This document shows, in pieces, positions 26,835 to 36,100 of a stretch of DNA of 64,000 nt. Position 1 is the stretch's first letter. Every line of letters starts with the position of its first letter. This DNA is from Psammoneis japonica (lineage: Eukaryota), in contig QPGO01000002.1 of assembly GCA_008632985.1 (NCBI GenBank), forward strand, positions 930,001 through 994,000. The letters are read 5' to 3'. A program made the position numbers and the translations under genes. Below the pieces are notes generated by a model that saw only the letters and a program-made list of their open reading frames with translations, ran no database searches and was not told the DNA's origin.

Positions 26835-27528
26835 GATTTTTTTTAATACTGAAACGTAACAACAACGGCTGCTCCTCTTTTTCTCTCTGATTCAATCTTG
26901 GATCATAAACGATACAAACACAGAGTATCTTATGAGCACAACGACGGATGTAGCAGATCTAAGAATGATGAGAACCCCTGCGTCATGGTTTCTTCTGAAG
27001 TTTTCTCATTCCTTTTTTTCATCGCCAATGAATACCTATATATTCGTTGCTGATTATATGCTATAGAACAGCACGGGTGACTAAATTTTTCAAAAAGTTT
27101 GTATCGTACAGGTGGCCAGACACAGGCCTCTTTATTCGTTCATGTGGTTCTTATGTTCATGCACGAATGAATTTTTATTTGTTGGGAAGAAATACTCCAT
27201 ATTCAGGTTCGATTACGTTCATTTAACGGGCCCATCTGTTGACACTGGTACGAATCGTGCGTATAAGCCACGTGACCACAGATAGAAAGCCACCGACCTT
27301 TTTCGTCACTCACCGCCTCGTCGTTGTGTGAAGAGAACGACGCAGAAGTGGCACCTTCTGTCTGCTGTGCTCTGTATATAACCAGCAGCCATTAGACCAA
27401 GTCGTTGCTGTTGAAAGCGGACTGATTATACTCGTACAATTCAGGGAGACACACATATAGCGTGCCACTGAGAGCAATTTGAATTGAAGCTTACGGGTGT
27501 TTTTACAAAAAGTACCGCATATTACAAC

Positions 27529-29895
27529 ATGCCGGTGTACTTGTGTAAGCCCGGTTGGGAAGCTGACGAACCGTGGAGACACGGTGTCCAAGTTTATGCC
27601 TTTCCTTTTGATATTTCTTCTGACTCCAATCCTGGAAGAACTCAGGAAGATGATTCTCACGATGAAGCCGGTGGTGGTGTTCGTGACAATGCAGCCGGCG
27701 CTGCTGCGTCTACTGCGGACGAACGCGAGCCGCCACCACCACCACCCGAAGACCAACACGACGACGACGAGGATGACGACGACGGAGGTCGTACACAACA
27801 TCACGATGAACCGGGTGTTTCGATTCGTCGTATCCGACACGCAGAAGTAGTGTTGGTGGATGATGTTTGTATTGCATATGATCGGTATTGGTTGCGTCTG
27901 CAGTGGCCCGGCCCAAAAGGTGGCTTTGCCGGATACATTGCTCTGGGCTCTGCCGTGTCGGCTCCACCACCACCACCCCGTCAGCCACATCACCGTGCCA
28001 ATAGCAATTCTCGAGTGTTGAGATCCAGGTCGTCCGGTAAGTGCTGTTATTATATGACGGACTTATGGTGCTAGTACTAGTGCTTATCCTCACCTTTTAT
28101 GTTTCTTTATTTTAATAAGTTTCTGCTACTGCGTCAGACGATAATATGCTGTTGATTCCTCAGGAAGACGATACTCCCGAAGAGGAGGGTGCAGGCTATT
28201 TGGCACACACGGCTCCCATGGTCTTGGATGACGATTCAAACCAGGTACACCACAATGGCGATGCCGTATGCCTTCGCACAGGCCTGTACTTTCCATCCTC
28301 GTCTGCCATGAAAATTATGAACCATTACGATGATGGGTTAAAGTCAGAAGAATCGGGTCGCGAACCGGTGTTTTGTCGTATTTGTCGAGAAGGACTGCAC
28401 GATGTGGAAAATGATGAAACACCTGCTGGAGCGGCCGATGATGGTGGTGCGAACGATAGAGCTGCGTCTTCTCCATCACGGCAACAAGACGACGAGGACG
28501 AAGAAGAGGAGGCTGTGTTGGACGAGGCGGACGATGCAATTCTTCTTGCAGACCCCGTTGGTCCGGAATTGCCTCCTCCAAAGTATCACGCCAACAAGGC
28601 CGCCGTTGAGAATCCTCTTTTGGCGCCCTGCGAGTGTTCGGGTAGCATGGCCTTTGTGCACTACTTGTGCGTGGAACAATGGCGCTGTCGCTCTCGCCAT
28701 CCCGAAGCACGAAACGGTCTCAACTGCGAAACGTGCGGCTCTCCCTACGCGTTGCCTCCTCCAAGTTCCCGCCCTCCCCGTCTGGCTCCCATGGAGGATG
28801 ATTGGCTCGATGCCATGCCACCTCACGTGGTGAATGCTCTTCGCAATCCCCATTTCTTTTGGCAGGTATCGTGCTTTATTGTGCGCCGCAAAATTCTTCG
28901 CGGGTTGGCTCCCATTTTGTTATCACCCTTGGTGGCTCTGTATTGCCGTGCCCGGCGTTTGCTCAAGAAACGTGGTGTCTCGAGAAGGCGATGGGCGTGC
29001 AGTTTGTGTCGACGCAGGGCAAGGTGGAAGTGTGTCCGGTGTCTGCGGAGCTATTATTGCTCGAGGCAATGCCAAAACGTGTCGTGGCATATTGTGCACA
29101 AGCATGTGTGCTACAAACCAACACGCTTTTGGAGCAGTGTCGTTGCCTATGGTGGTTTGACGGTTGCCGTGTTTCCGGGAATTGTAAAGGTACGCAACGA
29201 CAGCGGCGAGAAAGAGAAAAAGCAAATGAAGCTATGCGAAAATATGTCTGACTAAGGTTATTTCTATCTGTTTCTAGGACCCCCTGATTTACGACTTGGC
29301 TCTGACGCTGATTCCGGCATCCTTTCTCGTCATGGGTATTCTTGGCGGAGGCGTGGCAACGGCGTTCAAAAAGGGTCTTGGAATTGACATACGTGGCCGT
29401 ACGTTGGAGTTGTGTGTTTTGATTATGACGATGTGGCTAGTGACGGTGTCTTGGGGATTGGTATGGGCCTTTTTTGGCTTTACAGAGTCCTGCCATGGTG
29501 TCACTGGAACTTATGTGCAAACGCCCGAGTCCCATTCGTTATCCATGATGTTTCTGCACCGTATCGTCTTTCAGGTTGCGCAGAGCTGGTTTCTGGCGTG
29601 GGACCGTGTCGCGTTGACATCTGCCTCGTCCTTATTCAAGGGCCTTTGCTCGAATCCGGAGCCAGATCGTTGTTTTGCACACATTTCAAAAGCCGACCCC
29701 GATTTCTTCTTTGCTCCCGGTGGGGGCAAGTGCGCTGCCGATTTGGTATTGGTGTCGAATCTGTGGGTGCTGGCAGCTGCCACGCTCTTTGTTAGCTCGA
29801 TTCTCAAAAAGCGCGATCGACTCCGTCGGGCAGCAGCAAGAGTCCGACGCCACAACAACCGACAACCATTAGAACCGAGGCCTCATCAGGATTGA
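27529..29895 (+). CDS. RING-CH (RINGv) + MYND zinc-finger membrane protein, multi-exon; start uncertain
   Basis: CRICREG...LLAPCECSGSMAFVHYLCVEQW...CETC. MYND: CSLC....CVRC.RSYYCSRQCQNVSWHIVHKHVC. TM helices in last exon. Introns ~28038-28119 and ~29190-29277. Confidence 0.88.
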
Positions 29896-30233
29896 GAGAA
29901 ACAAGTTGCACTTTGCTTTCATCTTATTTCATGCTGTCTCAACCGGACAGCTACGACACTATGAATTCAGGAGTGTGTAGCCTGCTTCTTGTACGCGATT
30001 CAGTTGTGTGATTAATATCCGCAATGCACAAGGAAGCTGTTTTTGATGCCGCCATTTCTTTAACGAATAGAAAGTTAACTCTTATTGTCTCTTTTGTAAG
30101 TACTTCTAGAGAGTAGCTTGTACCCTAGATACAAGAGCACCAGATTATAAGGTCAAACCAGACATGTCAAACTAGAGCAAGTAGTGGGATAGCTTGTCGT
30201 TTAGTCGCTTGACGTGCGATTTTAAGACTTATC

Positions 30234-30620
30234 TTGTTGCAACGCTCTCTCAGATCGAAAGGCTTAGTTTTAGACCCAATGACAGCGCTGTGCATTTGCG
30301 ATATTGTGATTGGAGAATGTCGAAAGTTGTGCTACTACAAGGACGTGGTTGACGTTCGGATGATCTGCATCGACGCCATTTACAATTGGCGTTCCGCTGT
30401 CGGTGCGTCAACTGCAAGGGTATTCACATGTGACGATGTCCAGATCCTCAAGGCCTTGGCGAGTCATATTTCCATCAGTCTACTGCATCTACACCAGAGC
30501 GAAGAAGAAGAGGAAATTTCAAGATTACAGGATGCGATCCGTATCATGGAGTCGGGTGGCACCAAGGGCAGCGGTGACCAAAAACGCATCGCCAAACGGC
30601 AGCTCCTTCCCGACGGATAA
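30234..30620 (+). pseudogene. Orphan C-terminal fragment resembling the end of a GAF domain
   Basis: VFTCDDVQILKALASHISISL resembles the GAF terminal helix. No upstream coding partner visible. Confidence 0.35.
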
Positions 30621-30949
30621 TAAATTGTAAGCATGGGGATTTCCATCTCTGGTCAAATACGAGCCACTTTGCGCTGTGAATAGAGTTGCACCTTGTTCGA
30701 AGCACCAAACGCTGTGTGCCTGAACGCGGGACCTCGAACCTTGGAACACTTTGTCTTGGGGCAAGCTCCGAGTACCGAGAATGCCGAAGCTTGTCTTCGA
30801 ATGAATGTCTCACGGTGACGTCGGAAAACGTTGGTAAACCAGATTTCTTCGTAAGCTGGCGTAGTCAGTGTTGTGTGCGGCCTCAAACACACGGTCAAAC
30901 AAGGATCCATGCAGCTGTCGTTCCTCACTCCACACGTCCAGCGCTCTCA

Positions 30950-31913
30950 GCAAAAAATGCGTTTTTTACCTGAATTAACCGCGATCACTGCCTTTACAAA
31001 AGACTCCAAATCATCTTTTGCTTTGTAACGATGCAACGTTTCATTTTGAGCCGCTTTCACAACTTCTTCGCTCCCAAACCGAAAGGTTCCCTGGAACGGT
31101 GGTGGCAAGTCCAAATTGCCAAGATCTTGCTCAAGAATGGCAAATCCCCAGTCGATGAGATGCAGTTTGCCCACTGCGTCCTCCAAAATGTCATCAGGCC
31201 GAACATCACCGAAATCCTCACAACGAAGCTCTCACTGCCAATGTCGAACTTTCAACTTGTCAGCACTTCCTTGATTGATCCTGGAAACACATTTTCAACA
31301 GCAGCATCTCCTTCTTGTCACCCAAGAGTCGACACAGAGAATGCATGCTGGATGTGCATTAGCATTAACACACAGCAGCGCTCCCACCCATGCAGTGTCA
31401 TCCCGGTGACATTCAATTTGTGAATGGAGCCAAGTCTCCATGATGCTGTTGTGCTGTTCTCAGCGAGCGATCTAGAGAGCAGAGCAATGCCGATGCAATG
31501 CACTGCATTGCGCCAACACGAGATTTGTCTTCAAGCAGTCCACTGCCGAGCAGGTCTTGGTCAGGGCCAAGATTTCGGCAACATTGTCGCAGGAAAAGGT
31601 TCCGTCGAAGGGCCCAAACAATTGGTCAAAGAACAAGGACACCTGGGGCAACTTGCATGCAATTGTACAAACCAATGACCCCGGATGCATTTAGACAATT
31701 CAACACTTTCTTCGCCTGTTGGGCCACATGCTCACACCCATGTTCCATTGCTTTGGTGACACCATTGGTTTCTCCAAGCTTTGCAGCGCACACTTTGGAC
31801 ATGGCCCCTTCCCCAACAAGAGATCGCATTTGCAGAGATTGGCCGTTGACGGGTTGTTTGAATCTTGGAAAGTCATGGCCTGGATCACTTGAAGACTTTG
31901 ACAACATGGTGAG
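30950..31913 (-). pseudogene. Kinase half of a REase+kinase (Crinkler-like) gene, degenerate
   Basis: LVGEGAMSKVCAAK (Gly-rich loop), DIRPDDILED..GKLHLIDWGFA, FQGTFRFGS, KDDLESFVK. Broken by stops and frameshifts. Confidence 0.75.
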
Positions 31914-32189
31914 TGACAGGATTTGAACAGGATTTAGGTGCGCGCGAAGCATCGCGCGCTGTTTAGTTTACCGTGCACAGTTTTGTGTGCTTTAGTTCCG
32001 CGCGTTCACGCGCGATGTAGTTTGCTTTCGAGCCACAAGGCTCACAAGAATAATAACAGTAGCCCGATTATACCGACTTACACGTCCTTCGGCTCCTGTA
32101 ACGGTCTCTGAGCGGAGACTCATCTGCTATTTAGACAGCAGTAAGGAGTTATTGTTTGAATTCTTGCCATTTGCCTTCAATTTCTATCA
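31914..32189 (+). repeat. 5' LTR (276 bp)
   Basis: TGACAGGATTTG...TTTCTATCA, direct repeat of 38748-39014. Confidence 0.97.
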
Positions 32190-33130
32190 GATTAACAGTC
32201 TTGCTCATTGTCAACCCATTGAGCAACCGCCATCGTCGTCGTTGATTTACCAACGACGCTATTTCAATTCTACGTGGACCTCCGTATATATTCTACATAC
32301 ATCGGCAAGTCTACGCGCATTCAATACCAGGGCATCGGCAGGAAGTTAACGTCACCGTCAAGTCTCCTTACCGCTGGATATCTGGATTGATTATACTACC
32401 TTTGATCGCTGAAGACTTATATTCAACGGTCATATCCAAGTCTATCCTTGATCAACATCCCTTGATATACCTATTCCTCGGTTAACGGTCAAGAACCCTA
32501 CATATTCAAGGATCTTAGTCGCTGAAGACATGTGTGTGTATATACATATCTTCACGGCCAAGAACCTTTATCCACTCTTCGGACTGCGGTTTTGCCACCA
32601 CTCTACAAGCACACCGAGTCCATTGCACCTGATCTACCCTGGACCACTGGTGCTCTACAGTTCCACTAGGTCCACGAGGATGACTGTGAGAGCAGGTGGC
32701 CGTGATTGCAGCCTACGTTGGGGCGAGGATGCTTTCCCGCGTTTGTTCGTTCGTCCACAGCGCCTGACGCCTGCGTCAACTGGCCAGCCTGATCGGGAAA
32801 TCCAACCGACATAAAATAAGAACGGTTCGGGGGTCTTGTCCACCTCCAGTCAGCTTACCTGCAGGGGTTTACAACCCGCTGCTCCACTCGTAAGCAACCC
32901 AAAGCGCCACCAGCTGCGGGTTCGGACGTGCCGGCACAACTCTGCGGACCGGATGGGAAGTTTAGCACTTGACAACGAACGGGATGACAAAGCCCGGCGA
33001 CTTCTGATTTTAAGATGGTTCAAGATTTCAAGTCAAGTCTGTTTCAAGTCAAGTCCATTCTCACCCAAGTTTCGAGTCTACCTTCGCTTCCCAACCAGAA
33101 TTGATTGTCCTGACACCACCTTTGTCTGCC

Positions 33131-36100
33131 ATGGTTCTCACTCGTCAGCAACAAACCGATGGTTTCGAGCACGTGGTTGGAACCGTGCTTGCCCAAGGTG
33201 CTGGGAGTCCTCTTCGTTTGGCTTTGGCCCAAGACGGCACGGACTCGCATCAGGAACTGTTCACGTTCATGCCGTCCCAAATCGACTCGCTTGAGTGCGA
33301 CAACGGCACCAATGCAATCCCTTTGCCCCGTGGTTGTAAGAACATGTTAGCAGCACTGGTCAGTCTGTACATTGTCAAAGCACACAAAGGTCTTGACGTT
33401 GCCAACGACTCCTCTTTGTTCACGCATGACGAGTTCCTTGCCTGCCGCCTCAGCCCCGACTGCATGTCTTCTGTGTCCATCGGCAGCTCACCCCTTGCAC
33501 CTCCACATGTCACCAACCCGACCAAGGCACGCGACCCGGTGCGGGACTTCAAGCGAGGCATCAAGCGTGATCCCACCGCTTTCACGGCTCTCAAATCCGA
33601 CAAGCAGTGGCACACTTGGCACACCTCACTTGTGGCACAAGCCCGTGCCCAAGACGTCGAGTGCATTCTAGACTCGTCGTACAAACCGACCAGCCCCGAA
33701 GACAAACTGCTCTTTGCTGAACAGCAAAAGCACATGTTCGCCGTCTTCGAACGCATCCTTCTCACCGACAAGGGCAAGGCTCTCATTCGCGAAAATGTGG
33801 GGTCTTCTGACGCACAGACCGTCTGCCGCTCCTTGTCTGAGTGCGCGCTTGCCTCCACCCGCGCATCTATCGAGTCCTCCACCCTGCTCACGCACCTCAC
33901 CACCGCGCGTCTTGGTGATGGCACTTGGAAAGGTCCGACCCACGGGTTCATCCTTCATTGGCAAGATCAGTTGCGCAAGTGCGAGGCACTCATCCCGGCC
34001 AGTGACCACTTCTCTGAAGGACAGAAGCGCGTCATGCTCGAGAATGCCGTGCACCCTGTCGAGGAACTCCGTGCTGTCAAGAACCAAGCTGATCAGCATC
34101 GTACGCAGAGTGGCAAGAGCCTCACATGCGATCAACACTGTGGCTTGCTCCTCTCCGCCGCAGCTCAGTGCGACAGCACGTTTCAACCCAAGACGACACC
34201 TCGAGCTCCCCGACGCGCCACATGCGCACACGACGTCTACTCCGAGGAACCGTCCGACGATGTGTTCTACGACATTGACAGCGACGTTGACGTCCTTCAA
34301 GCCAATGCTGCCTGCACCCGCGGTCCCAGCCTCACCGGTGTCCAATGGAGACGTCTCCCTCCCGACCACCAACGGCTCTGGGATTCGTTGCCCGATCAAT
34401 CCAAGGCGATCATCCTTGGGCATTCTCGTCCACCTCCCCGCAACTCGCGAGCCAGCAACTGCCATGAGTCTGTTACGGCCAACCTTCACGACCAACGCCT
34501 TGGGAGTGACGGTGATGTCAACTTGTCCAACACGACTCCTGCTGACTCTGGTGACTCCGCTCCACATGTGGACGCCACTTCGGACAATCCCATCCTGGCG
34601 CACCTCACCAAGCGCAAGCCACTGCCACCCGGTGATCTGCAACGTCTGTTGTCTCCTAACCAAGCACCCAATGCCAGTCGACCGGGGCCATCCGCCGCTT
34701 CCTCTACCCCGCCAGCTTCTGCAGATGACACAGAACTTAACGGTCGCACTTGCCGCCGCGTTGACAACCACAATGTCATTTACTCTGCTTCTGCTCATTG
34801 CTCCACACGCACTGGCGCTCTAGTCGATCGTGGGGCCAACGGCGGCATTGCTGGCGACGACATTCGCGTCATTGCACGCACCTCTCGCCAAGTCGACGTT
34901 CAGGGCATTGACGATCATCAATTGGTGGACATCCCCATTGTCACCGCTGGTGCCGTCATTGAGACCCAGCGTGGTCCCGTCATCGCCATGCTCCATCAGC
35001 ACGCATGCACGGGCAAGGGCAAGACCATCCATTCCTGCGGCCAGCTCGAATGGTGCAAACAGGATGTCAACGATCGCTCTGTCAAGGTGCCCAACGGCTT
35101 GCAACGCATTGCCACTCCTGATGGCTGTGTCATCCCCATTGACATCAAGGCTGGCCTGCCTTGTGTTGCCATGCGACCTTGCACTGACGCCGAATGGGAC
35201 ACCCTGCCCCATGTCATCCTCACCGGTGATGACACATGGGACCCTTCCGTCCTCGATCACTCTGTCACTGACGACGACCAGTGGTGCGACGCGATCTCTG
35301 ACCTGCAGGACGATCCCACTGCCAACCTGTTTGACGAATGCGGCAACTACCGTCATCGTGTCGTTGTCAACGAGACCATCATGTCCGCTTCCTTGTCTGC
35401 CGATCACGCGTCCGCCCTCGATGATCACCTCATTCCGAACGACGACGTGTTCTGCGAGTGTCATCTGCATGCGATTGGCCCCCAGGGCGATGATGTTCCA
35501 CCTCCGGAGCGCACTGTACAGCCCAAGGACCCCCCCTTCGAGTCTCTTCAGCCTTGCTTTGGCTTCCCACCTGCCGATGCGGTCCGTCGTACTTTTGACT
35601 GCACCACGCAGCACGCCCGCATGCCCGCCGGTACACACCTTCGCAAGGCCTGCAAATCACCCAACCCCGCCCTTAATGTGCACCGCCGCAACGAGCCTGT
35701 CGCCACTGACACCGTTCATGCCGACACCCCGGCCGTCGACTCTGGTTGCACCAGCGCCCAACTGTTTGTTGGCACCGAGTCTACCGTCACTGACGTCTAC
35801 GGCACTAAGACAGACAAAGAGTTTGTCAACACACTCGAGGATCAGATCCGTGAACGTGGTGCCCCATCCAAACTCATTGGCGACCGTGCTCAAGTTGAGA
35901 TCAGCAACAAAGTGCTCGGGATCCTACGCGCCCTCTTCATCTCTAGCTGGCAAAGTGAGCCTCACCAGCAACACCAAAACTTTGCCGAGCGTCGACACCA
36001 GACCGTGAAGCGCATGGCGAACACTGTCATGGATCGTTTTGGTTCGCCCGCCCATGCATGGCTGCTGGCGCTCATGTGCGTGTGCTTCACACTCAACCAT

